A stretch of DNA of 35,909 nt. Origin: a virus (Duplodnaviria > Caudoviricetes). Shown here piece after piece: positions 9,193-19,083 of this stretch. The stretch is taken from IMG/VR virus record IMGVR_UViG_3300008107_000166, positions 1-35,909 of that record. One strand, given 5' to 3'. Position 1 is the first letter of the stretch, and the number at the start of each line of letters is the position of its first letter. The position numbers were made by a program, and so were the translations under genes. The notes under the pieces were generated by a model. The model saw only the letters and a list, made by a program, of their open reading frames with translations, did no database searches and had not been told where the DNA came from.

Positions 9193-10742
9193 CCGATTTG
9201 ATACACAACGTCAGTTGATGCCCATTGAATCTGCAAGTTTTCGCTGCTGCTGTTGAACGATATGGCCCCGCAATAGCCAATGCCGGTGACGCCCGACTGG
9301 TTATTGGTGATGACCACATCGCTACCCCATAGCGCGACGTCCCACAACCCGACGCCCCATAGACCCGCCACCGTGGGCGAGAATGACACCGCGCCGGTCT
9401 GGTCTGCCGTCTGGAAATCGGTGTTGATACCGATAACCACGCTGGGTTGACCGTTGCTGAAGATGCTTGGGCGTGCGCGGGTGAAGTATTTAATAACGCC
9501 GCGTGTCTCAAAGTAGTTGAACGCTTGCAGCGCCTTGGTGCGGACGGGTTCGCCATCGTCGGCATACCCGCCATCGCCTGTCGTCCATGCCTTTGCGACG
9601 TAGGTATTGCCGCCAAAGTACGGCTCGTTGTCCACAAGCGCCCAGCACGCTGCGTTCCAGCCCGTAAAGTTGCACCACGCCTTCGTAATGTTGTTCATCA
9701 CAAATTGCTGTTGCCCGGTTGATACAGGCACATTGACGATTAGGGCGTTGTTGAGCGGGTTGTAGAGCAACCCCCAGCCAAACGTGTCCTTGTACGTGCG
9801 TGCGGCAGCCGCAAATGCGCCCTGTATTTTGTCCGATAGGGCAATGTTGGGGTCGAGCCGTGACGATTGCAGCGCCGAGGCGAACGGTATCAACCCGTCC
9901 AGCGTCAAAATCAGCAGGTCACCGCCGTACTTCGCCATGCAGCGACGGGAAATTGGCGCACCAATGATCCAGACGCCGATCAGCGACCATGTGGACGCGC
10001 TCGTTGGGTCGGTGCCGCGATATACCGCCACCTCGCCTTGGTCAGAAATGAACACAAGGTTGTCGTCAACGCCGTAGCCCGCGTCAATCGTCCAAGTCGC
10101 CATTGCCTGCAACTTGCCGCCCAAGTGCATGACGCTTGACAGGTCTAGCACGTTTGCCGCACCGCCAACCGATGCTACCGGCAAATACCATGCTTTTAAG
10201 GTGTCCTTTTCAATAAACCACATTCGGTTCTTGAACAAGGTCGGCTGGATTAGGTTAGTCGTCGTGACGCCCGTGATCGCTGGCGTAGACGCACCGTCAA
10301 TGGGCGTCCATGTTGTCCCGTTGAACAACCGGGGCTTGTCCACACCATTGGCAAGGTACAGGTATTGCCCGCCGCCCGTAGTGACGTTGGTGTACTCCCA
10401 TTGCGAGTTGGAAAGGCTGGCGACCAGAGCCGACCCTGCCGTACCCGCCGAGGTAACGTCGAAAATCTTGCCGTCGCTGATGGCATACAGTTCTACGTCC
10501 GACCCTGCGTTGTAGGTCATCAGCGTCTGCACTTCGGCAGGCAGTCCGACCGCGTGTTTGACGTATCCACCGCGCAAATTGACGTTGGACACGCTTGGAA
10601 ACATATTTTCCAAATACACGGCATCCGTAGGTGCCATGTTTGCCAGCGCATCGCGTGCGTTCCACCCGCCCACCGGGGCAGGCAAGGACGCCACGTTGGC
10701 CGTGGTGCGCTGTACTAGCCGTCTGCGAACGGGCGATGCCAT
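9177..10742 (-). CDS. Tail hub / packaged-DNA stabilisation protein (P22 gp10-like, 521 aa)
   Basis: PAPVGGWNARD N-terminus, beta-rich propeller-like sequence, follows the adaptor gene. Confidence 0.78.
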   Translation of the reverse strand: MASPVRRRLVQRTTANVASLPAPVGGWNARDALANMAPTDAVYLENMFPSVSNVNLRGGYVKHAVGLPAEVQTLMTYNAGSDVELYAISDGKIFDVTSAGTAGSALVASLSNSQWEYTNVTTGGGQYLYLANGVDKPRLFNGTTWTPIDGASTPAITGVTTTNLIQPTLFKNRMWFIEKDTLKAWYLPVASVGGAANVLDLSSVMHLGGKLQAMATWTIDAGYGVDDNLVFISDQGEVAVYRGTDPTSASTWSLIGVWIIGAPISRRCMAKYGGDLLILTLDGLIPFASALQSSRLDPNIALSDKIQGAFAAAARTYKDTFGWGLLYNPLNNALIVNVPVSTGQQQFVMNNITKAWCNFTGWNAACWALVDNEPYFGGNTYVAKAWTTGDGGYADDGEPVRTKALQAFNYFETRGVIKYFTRARPSIFSNGQPSVVIGINTDFQTADQTGAVSFSPTVAGLWGVGLWDVALWGSDVVITNNQSGVTGIGYCGAISFNSSSENLQIQWASTDVVYQIGWAGI

Positions 10743-11656
10743 TAGGTGCTGCTCGTGCCGTAACCGCTGTCAGGAATGTTGTCGTAACCGATCAACACCG
10801 TCCCCGGACGCGGGGCAAACGACAGGTTGGCCGCTGCCGTATCCTGCGCGATGGCCGTTTCAAGTTCTGCAAGGTAATCGCGGTACAAAGCCGTCGTATC
10901 AAAGCCCTTGGCCTCAAAATACTTCAGTTTTGTACCCAGAACCATCACGCGGTCGGGGTAAACGCAGGTGTCGTTGTCGGCGGTAAAACTGTTTTTTGGC
11001 ACGGCAAGGGCGCTTTCGGCCCATGCGGCGCTACGGTACTCAAACCCGAGCAACTCGCCGCCATTCATGCCCGGCCAAATCTGGAAATACTTGCCAAGCA
11101 GACGCCAACGGATACGCGGGCCGGTGCTGATATAGCCCGACAGCAGCCATTCCCATTGCTGCGGCGACTCGGGGCCGAGCATTTCCCAACGCTTGCTCTT
11201 GTCCCAGTGGGTGCGGTTGACCGTGCTGACGTAATCGGCAGGCAGGTCGTACTTCACTTTCTGGAATATGACCTGACCATTTACAACCGAGGACGTCGGG
11301 GCGTAGTTCAACGTGACCGACGTAGCGCCTGTCACAGCCGTGACGTAGGTAGCGTTGGGGATGCCCACGCCCTGCACTTGGTATTGCGTAGACAGCCCTG
11401 CGGTCGTCGGAATAGCCGTAATTACCGCAACGTCCTCGGCCCACGTTCCCGTGGTCGTGATGGCTTCGGTGTAAAACGTGTGCTGGCGGGTCAGTTCGCG
11501 CCAATCAGCACGACGGAGCAACTCGTAACCGCAGGCGTTCATCAACGCAAGAATCTGGATGATGTCCTGACTCGCGTTTCCCGCTACGGTCTGCGGAGTA
11601 GGGATGCCCAGTTCGTTTGTTACTTGCTGGACAAGTTGAACCATCGTGCTGCCCAT
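10742..11656 (-). CDS. Head-to-tail adaptor / tail tubular protein A-like (304 aa)
   Basis: Helical N-terminus (LVQQVTNELGIPTP...LALMNACGYEL) and YDLPADY motif typical of podoviral adaptors; position fits. Confidence 0.72.
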   Translation of the reverse strand: MGSTMVQLVQQVTNELGIPTPQTVAGNASQDIIQILALMNACGYELLRRADWRELTRQHTFYTEAITTTGTWAEDVAVITAIPTTAGLSTQYQVQGVGIPNATYVTAVTGATSVTLNYAPTSSVVNGQVIFQKVKYDLPADYVSTVNRTHWDKSKRWEMLGPESPQQWEWLLSGYISTGPRIRWRLLGKYFQIWPGMNGGELLGFEYRSAAWAESALAVPKNSFTADNDTCVYPDRVMVLGTKLKYFEAKGFDTTALYRDYLAELETAIAQDTAAANLSFAPRPGTVLIGYDNIPDSGYGTSST

Positions 11657-11657
11657 G

Positions 11658-12212
11658 CTATGCCTCCGCTAAGGTTTCCTTGGGCGGGCGTCCACGGCGC
11701 TTGGCCGGTTCGCTGCCCAACAACTGCGCCATCTGTGCCTGCAATTCGGCCAATTGACGCTTCGTATCTTCCAATTCGGCAGTGGCTTCTACGCGGTTTT
11801 TGCGGTTTAAGTACATTTTTGCCCGCTCACGCAGCCCAACGCCGCCCATGCCGATCCGCTGCAACTGCGCGTCCGACGCCAAAGCCAACTGCTCGACCGT
11901 CACAAACTTCAGGATTACCAACTCCTGTATCTGGTCGCGGGTAATCTCCTCGGGAGCGTCCTTATGCCATGCCGACAGCGGGGTGCCGATCTCTGCCGCC
12001 ACACCGTCGCTTTGCTGCGTTTGAAAGTACAGCCACTGACGCGGAAACCGCGCCTTGTGATCGTCGCGGCTTGGCTGGTCAATGATGTTGGTCTTATCGC
12101 CCGGGGCCATGATGCGGCAATAAGTCTTGCCCTTACCCGGCCCATCGTCCTTGACGTAAAACTCAACGTGCAACTGTGCGTCGGCGTTAGAAACATCGCT
12201 ATCTAATGGCAT
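11658..12212 (-). CDS. Hypothetical virion-module protein (184 aa)
   Basis: ATG at 12212 follows AGGAG. Helix-hairpin-helix-like TVEQLA...IGMGG segment, coiled coil, and C-terminal KRRGRPPK AT-hook-like tail. Confidence 0.75.
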   Translation of the reverse strand: MPLDSDVSNADAQLHVEFYVKDDGPGKGKTYCRIMAPGDKTNIIDQPSRDDHKARFPRQWLYFQTQQSDGVAAEIGTPLSAWHKDAPEEITRDQIQELVILKFVTVEQLALASDAQLQRIGMGGVGLRERAKMYLNRKNRVEATAELEDTKRQLAELQAQMAQLLGSEPAKRRGRPPKETLAEA

Positions 12213-12232
12213 TGTCCTTGCTCCTGTGGGGA

Positions 12233-13060
12233 TTACAGGTTGTTGACCTGTGTGATGGTACAAATGACCGAGGGGATCGCAGGCCAAACGCTTGTGGCGC
12301 TGGCTGCAAGAATTCTAACGCTTGTATCATCCGTCGCCCACATCAATTCAACGTAGTTTGTTGGTTCTAGTTGAATGATGAAGTTCCACGCGGCGACGGT
12401 ACGCGCTGCGCTTCCTTGAATGGCGACGGTAGTGGCTGTGTTGTCAACATTGGTGCCGTTTTTACGCAACCAGATATAAATGTTGCCCACGCCGCCCGAG
12501 GTTTTGTCTAACTGTGCCGAAAACTGCACGTTGTAGACGCCTTGGTAGGCCACAACCAAACGGGACGACGGCGACCCAATGGACACGCCATTGCTGCTGT
12601 CGGTGGTGTTAAAGGTCATCCCGTAGGCGGTGTTGATAGATGCCGCCGTTTGTAGCGTGGTGTCGCTGAACGCACCAAAATGCAGGATTGGCACGGCGCG
12701 GCCAAAGCCTTGCAGTTCCTCCCACAGCGTATTGCTTACGGCAAAGAACAAGGCCGAGCAGTCGGGGTTGATCGTGCCATACCCTACGTTATTGATGCTG
12801 CTGCTCGTGTTGTATGGGTAAACCGTCAACGGATTGGCGCTTGTGTTCTTGACGATGATGGTTTCGCCCATTTCGGTCGGCGGTAATTTGACGCCTGCGC
12901 CAGCGCCTACGGTCGTGACGTTGTTGTATACATACGTCAGCGTGGTGGCATCGCCTGCCGACGTACCCGCTGCCGCTATGCTTGCGTTCCCATCGCCGCA
13001 AATTGACACGGTGGACAGTTGCGTAACGCCGCTGTTCAGCACGCGGGACGGAATAGCCAT
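12233..13060 (-). CDS. Head fibre / decoration protein with C-terminal C1q/TNF-like beta-sandwich (275 aa)
   Basis: GVYNVQFSAQL...IYIWLRKNG...NYVELMW pattern typical of C1q/BclA-like domains; Thr/Ser-rich. Confidence 0.6.
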   Translation of the reverse strand: MAIPSRVLNSGVTQLSTVSICGDGNASIAAAGTSAGDATTLTYVYNNVTTVGAGAGVKLPPTEMGETIIVKNTSANPLTVYPYNTSSSINNVGYGTINPDCSALFFAVSNTLWEELQGFGRAVPILHFGAFSDTTLQTAASINTAYGMTFNTTDSSNGVSIGSPSSRLVVAYQGVYNVQFSAQLDKTSGGVGNIYIWLRKNGTNVDNTATTVAIQGSAARTVAAWNFIIQLEPTNYVELMWATDDTSVRILAASATSVWPAIPSVICTITQVNNL

Positions 13061-13833
13061 TAGGCTGCCTTCCGCTCGTGGCGTACACGCATGATTTCAG
13101 CAATCAGCCCCGGCCCTTTAACGTCTACCGTTATATCGCCCATAACCGAAAACAGTTTTTGAAACTCGTTGGCCTGCTGGGCCATCGCCATGTTGCAGTT
13201 GAACTTCTTGCCTTCGGGGCCGCCCACCCAGATGTCAACCGAGGGGCCGGTGTATTCGCCCGTAAACCGCTTTAGGCCATCTGCACGGTTGCAACTGTCG
13301 TAGCCGTACATCGTAAAATTACGAAACCCCAGCAGGTACCCGATGTTGACGGCACGCAGGCCAGAGGTCGTGCCGCCGCCCACGGCAACCTTGCCCGGGC
13401 CAATGGCTTCCATCTCCGGCCCCGGCGCCCACGAGTGCCACAACAGCATTTTTCTACCCTTGAGGTAGTCAAACGTCGAGGGCGGGCAGCGCGAGGCTGG
13501 CATATAAATCGTGTGATCGTTCAGCAGTTTGATGCCGCTCGTGCGGTCACGCGGGTCAAGGTTGATCCACAAGTCCGGCTGTACGCCGTTTTCACACAAG
13601 AAATCATGCGCCGCCTTGATTGCCACAATGGGCCGTCCGGCCCTGCGGTGCGCTTTGATTTCGTCTATGAAATCGGGCATAGACCACCCGCTCGCCACCA
13701 ACACCATGTTGCCATCGTGTTTGGTGGGAGCGAGGGTCAGTTCTGGCAGACCACGGGCAAGCGCCGAGCGGATGTTGGAACATAGTTCCTCCTCCGTACC
13801 CGCCGCCTGTACCGTGATCTCCAGAGGCTGCAT
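13060..13833 (-). CDS. DUF115 / Maf-type (MptE-like fold) putative glycosyltransferase (257 aa)
   Basis: TAATG-coupled to the upstream gene. Motifs VLVASGWS, IVAIKAAHDFLCENGVQPDLWINLDP and GGTTSGLRAVNIGYLLGFRNFTMYGYD resemble the Maf/CstII-like core. Confidence 0.72.
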   Translation of the reverse strand: MQPLEITVQAAGTEEELCSNIRSALARGLPELTLAPTKHDGNMVLVASGWSMPDFIDEIKAHRRAGRPIVAIKAAHDFLCENGVQPDLWINLDPRDRTSGIKLLNDHTIYMPASRCPPSTFDYLKGRKMLLWHSWAPGPEMEAIGPGKVAVGGGTTSGLRAVNIGYLLGFRNFTMYGYDSCNRADGLKRFTGEYTGPSVDIWVGGPEGKKFNCNMAMAQQANEFQKLFSVMGDITVDVKGPGLIAEIMRVRHERKAA

Positions 13834-14306
13834 TACGCGTTCAACCCCGTTAGGACATGGGGGTAACCGGCAATGCAAGTGACAGCGGAGGCCGAGGCCG
13901 CCGACGTCGTTGCCACAAGGCCCGCCACCAAGCCCGCAGTCACCGTGGCATCGTCAAGCGATCCCGGAGTTGCGGTCGTGAACAGCGGGACGTTCGGCTG
14001 GCAACCGACCAACACGCTAACACGGGGCTTGCCGCCCAACTGCACCCAGCCGTAGTAAGCCGAGGCAATGGACACCTGTGCGAAACCAACCGCCTTGGAA
14101 TTGGCAGAGTTGGTCGTGGTCAGCGGAGCCACCTTGTTGTCAACGGAGACGGTCACAGCCGACCACGTTGCACAAGTTGAGGCCGCCTGCACGTACAGGG
14201 CCTGTCCGCCATCGCTCAGGTTGACGACGGTGCCAACGGCAAACGAGGGCGAGGTGTCGGTGTATTCAAGCGACACACCAATCATATTGCTTACAGAAAT
14301 AGACAT
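13833..14306 (-). CDS. Capsid decoration / cement protein (157 aa)
   Basis: Small beta-rich Ala/Thr/Val protein directly after the capsid gene, with a YYGWVQ motif. Confidence 0.68.
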   Translation of the reverse strand: MSISVSNMIGVSLEYTDTSPSFAVGTVVNLSDGGQALYVQAASTCATWSAVTVSVDNKVAPLTTTNSANSKAVGFAQVSIASAYYGWVQLGGKPRVSVLVGCQPNVPLFTTATPGSLDDATVTAGLVAGLVATTSAASASAVTCIAGYPHVLTGLNA

Positions 14307-14318
14307 TTGTTTGCCCTC

Positions 14319-15338
14319 TTAGTCAATCAGCACGCCTTGGAACTGAGCGCCCGAGCAGGTCAAGTTACCCGCCCAGCCGATAAGTTTCACAATGGCGTCT
14401 TGGTTAACGGCCTGCCGCTCGCCGCCAATCGGCACAAAGTTACGATCTTTGTGCGGGCGGAAGTGCAGGTACTTGGTGTTCAAGAACCACATGTGGTTCG
14501 CGTTGCCAGCACCCGAATTGTAGGTGGAGGAACCGATACCACCGTCCAGCACGACGTCAGACGCCATACCGGCACCGTAATACTTGAGCGAGGCAAAGCC
14601 TGCGCCAGCCATGCCCGAGCCGGACTCGGTGATGCGCTGGATGGCTTGCAGCGACTGCAAGTAATAACGGTAGTAGTTGTTGTCAGCAACGATCAGGTCA
14701 GGCTTGTCGGTGCCACGAACGAGTTGGACGGCCAGAGCGTCCATGTAACCCTGAATCGTGGTGGACGACACAACGCCAGAACCGCTGACCGAGGCATCAA
14801 ACACCTTCGACTGCCAGAACGACCACACGGCGCGGTTGATGCCGCCGTAGGTTCCGGTGGTCGGGTCATCCGGCACAGCCGCAGCAAGGCCCGTGAGGTT
14901 CTTGCCCGCGTTGCCGGTGCCATCGCCGTACAGGTCGCCCGAAATGCGGTTAGCAAGTTGGGCTTCCGCGACTTCCATGCGACCGTCAAGAAGGTCGATG
15001 ATCGCCTCCTTGCCCGAGTTCTGGATCATCTCCAGACCCGAAATGGTCACGGCGGAAGCGTACTGCGTGATGGAGAACTGCGCCGACGAAATCGGGCTGT
15101 TCTGGCCGACGTTCAACACTTCGTATCCCGAATAGGAATTCGTGTTGTTGGTGGTCGGGTCGTTGTACATGATTTCTTGCAAAATCACGTTACCGCCCGA
15201 GAACGTCTTGACGTTCCCGCGCTCCTTGAGACGACGCAACAAAGCGTTGTTGTTCGTCACGTTGTCAGCGAGTTCACCGCTACGGCTCTGAATCGTGGTA
15301 GCAATGATGTCGCTGATACTTGAGTTGGCAAATGCCAT
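14319..15338 (-). CDS. Major capsid protein (339 aa)
   Basis: Follows the scaffold gene; strong RBS AGGAG; strongly biased codons; HK97-type size; LYGDG and YGGINR motifs. Confidence 0.88.
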   Translation of the reverse strand: MAFANSSISDIIATTIQSRSGELADNVTNNNALLRRLKERGNVKTFSGGNVILQEIMYNDPTTNNTNSYSGYEVLNVGQNSPISSAQFSITQYASAVTISGLEMIQNSGKEAIIDLLDGRMEVAEAQLANRISGDLYGDGTGNAGKNLTGLAAAVPDDPTTGTYGGINRAVWSFWQSKVFDASVSGSGVVSSTTIQGYMDALAVQLVRGTDKPDLIVADNNYYRYYLQSLQAIQRITESGSGMAGAGFASLKYYGAGMASDVVLDGGIGSSTYNSGAGNANHMWFLNTKYLHFRPHKDRNFVPIGGERQAVNQDAIVKLIGWAGNLTCSGAQFQGVLID

Positions 15339-15360
15339 TTTTATGCTCCTATATCAGTGG

Positions 15361-16347
15361 TTATAAGCGCGACTCGGATTCGGAAAATGCCTCCTCCAAG
15401 AGCGCACGACGGTTTGCTGCCTTGGGAGCCGTGTTTACGCCGGGTGTGGCGCTTCTGACACTCACCGCTGCTGCTCTGGCCGCTTTCGCAGCCTTGTTCT
15501 GCTCCTTGGCTTGTCGAGCGGCAACTTCAGCCTGTTGGGCCTTGTTGATTTGCTCAAACAAGTCAGGGTTCAGTCGAATAGCCTTTTCATATGCTTCGTC
15601 CAGCGTTTCGGCCATGCCACTCTGTAGGAGTTGGATCATGGTCGGGCGGGCTTCTTCAAAATGATCGGCCTTCATACTAAATTGGTTGATTTCACCCAGC
15701 AGTTGCTGGTTTTGCTGCATCTCCTGCTGCTGTTTCCAGCCCATTACCTCGCCGCGCACGTTGTTCAACTCGTTTTGGAGTTGCCATACGAGCGGGTCAA
15801 CTTGCGCTTGCGGCTGCTGCTGTGGCGACTGGCCGCCCGTAGGCAATTGGATGCCGTAGGACTGCGCCAGTTGCATAAATAACTGCATCTTTTGCTGCGG
15901 CGGGGCGGTACGCAGCGTGTAGTCGGCTTGCATCAGGGCCGACACCGCCTTTTCGGGCGACAATCCCATGCCTTGAATAGTCGGCAGGTACGGCGCGATG
16001 GCTTCCTGCATCGTGTCGGCAAACTGCGCCTTGGAAAGCAGCGGTTCTACCCCTGCCCGCATCTGTTCCTCACGCTGCCATGCGTATTCCTGCATCTTCG
16101 GGTCGGCTTTCTGCCAAACCTCGTGGTAATCCTTCTTCCACGACGCGGGAGGACGACGCCATACCGGCGGTTCTGCCTCCGTCTCCGGTGGCTCAACTTG
16201 AGTCGCCCGTGGCGCAAACCGGCCCTGTGCGTCACGCCCATCAACCGGCTCGCCCTTTTCGGCTGCCTCTAACCCTTGCTCCAGCATCGCACGACGGTCT
16301 GTGACCTCTGCCTGTGGGGCTTCGTCTCGTTCTACTTGCTCGTCCAT
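15361..16347 (-). CDS. Capsid scaffolding protein (328 aa)
   Basis: Acidic/Gln-rich helical protein with GRDAQGRFA and PPASWKK motifs, between portal and capsid genes. Confidence 0.8.
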   Translation of the reverse strand: MDEQVERDEAPQAEVTDRRAMLEQGLEAAEKGEPVDGRDAQGRFAPRATQVEPPETEAEPPVWRRPPASWKKDYHEVWQKADPKMQEYAWQREEQMRAGVEPLLSKAQFADTMQEAIAPYLPTIQGMGLSPEKAVSALMQADYTLRTAPPQQKMQLFMQLAQSYGIQLPTGGQSPQQQPQAQVDPLVWQLQNELNNVRGEVMGWKQQQEMQQNQQLLGEINQFSMKADHFEEARPTMIQLLQSGMAETLDEAYEKAIRLNPDLFEQINKAQQAEVAARQAKEQNKAAKAARAAAVSVRSATPGVNTAPKAANRRALLEEAFSESESRL

Positions 16348-16694
16348 TAGCCTCTCCTGTGGGGATTGGTGAAATTAGCGTGCTGGCGCAGGTCGCGCAG
16401 TATGCGATCCGCTTGCTCATTGGTCAGGCGTGTGTTGACCATGTGCTTGATGCGCTCCAACCGGGTGTCTACCGGCGTTTCGCGCCTTCCGTGTTTGCTC
16501 GGGTCTTCGTTGCCGACCTCAATGCAGTTGTTTGCCTTGAGGTGGCGTCGGTGTTCCGAGCGGGAGGTAACCATCTTGCCGTCGATCATGCTTTTGTACG
16601 GCACGATGTCAGGCATGACGTAGTGATAACGCCCCTTAGCGTCTTTCTTACGCTCTACAAACTCGCCGTCAATGTAAATGTAGGTGCGTTTCAT
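16347..16694 (-). CDS. Hypothetical protein between portal and scaffold (115 aa)
   Basis: Coupled on both sides; DIVPYKSMIDGKMVTSRSEHRRHLKANNCIEVGNE motif. Confidence 0.78.
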   Translation of the reverse strand: MKRTYIYIDGEFVERKKDAKGRYHYVMPDIVPYKSMIDGKMVTSRSEHRRHLKANNCIEVGNEDPSKHGRRETPVDTRLERIKHMVNTRLTNEQADRILRDLRQHANFTNPHRRG

Positions 16695-18709
16695 TGCTCA
16701 AACGGTGGCGTTGGCATTGTCTTACCCATCTGGGCAATAACCAGTTTGGTTTGTGCGTCAAGGTCAGCGCGGTAACGGTCAGCAGCCTGCTTTTGTTGCA
16801 GTTCGGCAGCCTTGAGGCGTGCCTCAAAGTCCATTTTCTGCTGCTCCATCGCCATCTTGGCTTGGTTCCGCATCTGCTCCATCTGCATCTCATGCTGCAT
16901 CTTGGCTTGCGTAAGGGCAGATTCCATCTGCATCTTGCTTTGCTCCAACTGGCCCTTTTGCTGCATCTCGGCTTGCTTGCCTTGCTGCTCAGGGTTTTGC
17001 TGCTGCATGGCCGCCTGCTGCAATTGCTGCAACGTGGCGTCGATCTGACCCTCAATCGGACGGGCCGCCTTGAACGCCTGCATACCAAAGCGCAGCAGTT
17101 CCATCATCATCGGCACCATCTGCGGGCTGGCCTGACCAACCGGCAGGGCTTGAGCAAGGAACCCGCCAAATGCTTGCAAGAACTGCATACGGTCTTGCTT
17201 GTTCTGGTTTTCGTCAAGCATCACAAGACTGTCGGCAGCAATGTCCACGCGGAAGTTTCGCAGCGGTTTGTCCTTCAGCAATTCCAGCGCCTGCGGGATC
17301 AACTGTTGGTCGGCTGGCGTCATCTGCTGCGCGGCAGCGTAGGCAAGGATGGTCTGGGGCTGGTAATGCAGACACATTACCTGCGCCTTCAAACGGATCA
17401 GTTCCGACGCAAAAAGGGCAACGTCCTCTTGCATCGACCGCAGTCTCAATCCGGCGTATTGGCCTTTGATTTGCTGCGCGGTCGCGGTTTCGCTGGCGAA
17501 CGAGGTGCCACGGATAATGTCCGAGATACCCGTGATTTCGTAGATTTGGGACTTGATGTCTTCCCGGGCGCGGTAGCACTGGATGAGGGCGTTGGCGAGG
17601 GTGTCGAGCGGAAGGAGGTCAATGCTGCCTTTAAGGCCGCCCTTCTCGCTAAAAGCCATCCACTTATCAACTGGAATAAGCGCATTGTTGTCGCCCTCGG
17701 TCATCAGTCGTTGCAGGGCAGGTTGGCTAGCGTCGTATACGCCACGCACGCGCAGCGCCTTCACCAATCCGTCAATGCGGTCGGACAGAATGTCCAACTC
17801 CATCGCCTGATCTTGGTACAGCAGGAAGTCCGGCACCGGCACAAGCGTGTCGCTGGTCGTCGTCGCGTAAAGCGGCTTCGGGCAGGGAAAAAACCCTTCA
17901 ATCCCGAGCGGGTCATCGCGGACGTCGATCATCTGCGGCATACCCTTGCAGAACCAGTAGACCTTTTGGGTTTCCTTGTCCCACAGTTCACAAATCTTCG
18001 CACGGTTATACGTGCGCTTGGCCTCGTTATAGGCGTTCAGCGGCTCCGGCCCTTGGTCGAGGGGTATCTTGCGGGCCATTTCGTCGCCAAAGCGTTCTGC
18101 GAGCGCCTCACGGGTCATGTACACCCAGCGCCACACGCAGGTGACTTCTTCCCATGTGCGGGCTTGTGAGTGTCCGAAATCGCGCCAATGGATGTAATCC
18201 ACCGGGGCGCACTCGTATTCGATCTGCTCAAGGTTCGGCGGCGCACCCTCACCCTGTTCGATGGCCGAGGTGATGGACACGCCATCATCCTCAATGCCAA
18301 TGGGGGCAACGTGCGGCTCGTACCGCACCCACGCCGTACCGCGACCGCCGAGGAACCGATCCTCAACGTCGTACTTCATCGTCGAGCGGAAGTCGGGGTA
18401 ATGCTCAATCTCAAAGTCGATGGCGCGTTCCAGCAACTGCGAGGCTACGCGGCCCACGGGGTCGTTATCGCCAAAGCGACGGCTGATGTCAGCCTTCGGC
18501 AGTTTGGCGTAAACGGCAGGGGTTAGCGTCTGGACGTTTGACCACAGAATGTTGAAACGGGCGGCTTCGTTGCCACCCTGCCCACGGCTGTCATCCCGGT
18601 ACCGCTTAACGATCTTCTTGGTACGCGCCTGCCATTTGGCAAACTCGTTGTCATACTGACCGATAATTCGGAGGTACTTTTCCAGTTCTGGTTGCAGTAT
18701 GCCGTCCAT
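16691..18709 (-). CDS. Portal protein with long C-terminal helical barrel (672 aa)
   Basis: FNILWSNVQTL, YEITGISDIIRG and ETATAQQIK motifs; Gln-rich coiled-coil C-terminus as in P22-like portals. Confidence 0.9.
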   Translation of the reverse strand: MDGILQPELEKYLRIIGQYDNEFAKWQARTKKIVKRYRDDSRGQGGNEAARFNILWSNVQTLTPAVYAKLPKADISRRFGDNDPVGRVASQLLERAIDFEIEHYPDFRSTMKYDVEDRFLGGRGTAWVRYEPHVAPIGIEDDGVSITSAIEQGEGAPPNLEQIEYECAPVDYIHWRDFGHSQARTWEEVTCVWRWVYMTREALAERFGDEMARKIPLDQGPEPLNAYNEAKRTYNRAKICELWDKETQKVYWFCKGMPQMIDVRDDPLGIEGFFPCPKPLYATTTSDTLVPVPDFLLYQDQAMELDILSDRIDGLVKALRVRGVYDASQPALQRLMTEGDNNALIPVDKWMAFSEKGGLKGSIDLLPLDTLANALIQCYRAREDIKSQIYEITGISDIIRGTSFASETATAQQIKGQYAGLRLRSMQEDVALFASELIRLKAQVMCLHYQPQTILAYAAAQQMTPADQQLIPQALELLKDKPLRNFRVDIAADSLVMLDENQNKQDRMQFLQAFGGFLAQALPVGQASPQMVPMMMELLRFGMQAFKAARPIEGQIDATLQQLQQAAMQQQNPEQQGKQAEMQQKGQLEQSKMQMESALTQAKMQHEMQMEQMRNQAKMAMEQQKMDFEARLKAAELQQKQAADRYRADLDAQTKLVIAQMGKTMPTPPFEQ

Positions 18710-19083
18710 TATCGTCCCGTCCGTAAGGCTTCACGTTCATGCAAAAGGGTTGCTGCCGCGTCAGAAGCGCCGCGTGTTGCATATTTTCCTAAATGCTTGC
18801 CCGTGCGTTTGTAATACTCCAACGCTTGCCGCTCGGCTTCTTCCGCTGATGGCGGCAGTTTGCCTTCAACCACGGTCGGCAACACAACTTCTTTGCCGTC
18901 CTCGGTAATCCCCATGCTCCGAACGGTGCTAATACCGCCTTCGCCGGGTATGCGGTTCTGCACTTGCGGCAAGTTGCTTACATCAATGTTGCGCCCTTCA
19001 ACAACGTAAGGCACGCCCATTGCCTGCCCTGCTTCCATTTGCTGAAGCAGCAGTTTTGCAAGTTTGCTGCGATTTGATGCCAT
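18709..19083 (-). CDS. Hypothetical protein, possible internal virion protein (124 aa)
   Basis: ATG at 19083 is TAATG-coupled. Translates MASNRSKLAKLLLQQ...RSMGITEDGKEVVLPTV...YYKRTGKHLGKY. Confidence 0.72.
   Translation of the reverse strand: MASNRSKLAKLLLQQMEAGQAMGVPYVVEGRNIDVSNLPQVQNRIPGEGGISTVRSMGITEDGKEVVLPTVVEGKLPPSAEEAERQALEYYKRTGKHLGKYATRGASDAAATLLHEREALRTGR

Noticed and set aside
10631-18169. Long antisense ORFs 10631-11944, 14307-15323 and 16694-18169
   Set aside because: They mirror the adaptor, capsid and portal genes; expected from GC-rich codon bias and not protein-like.
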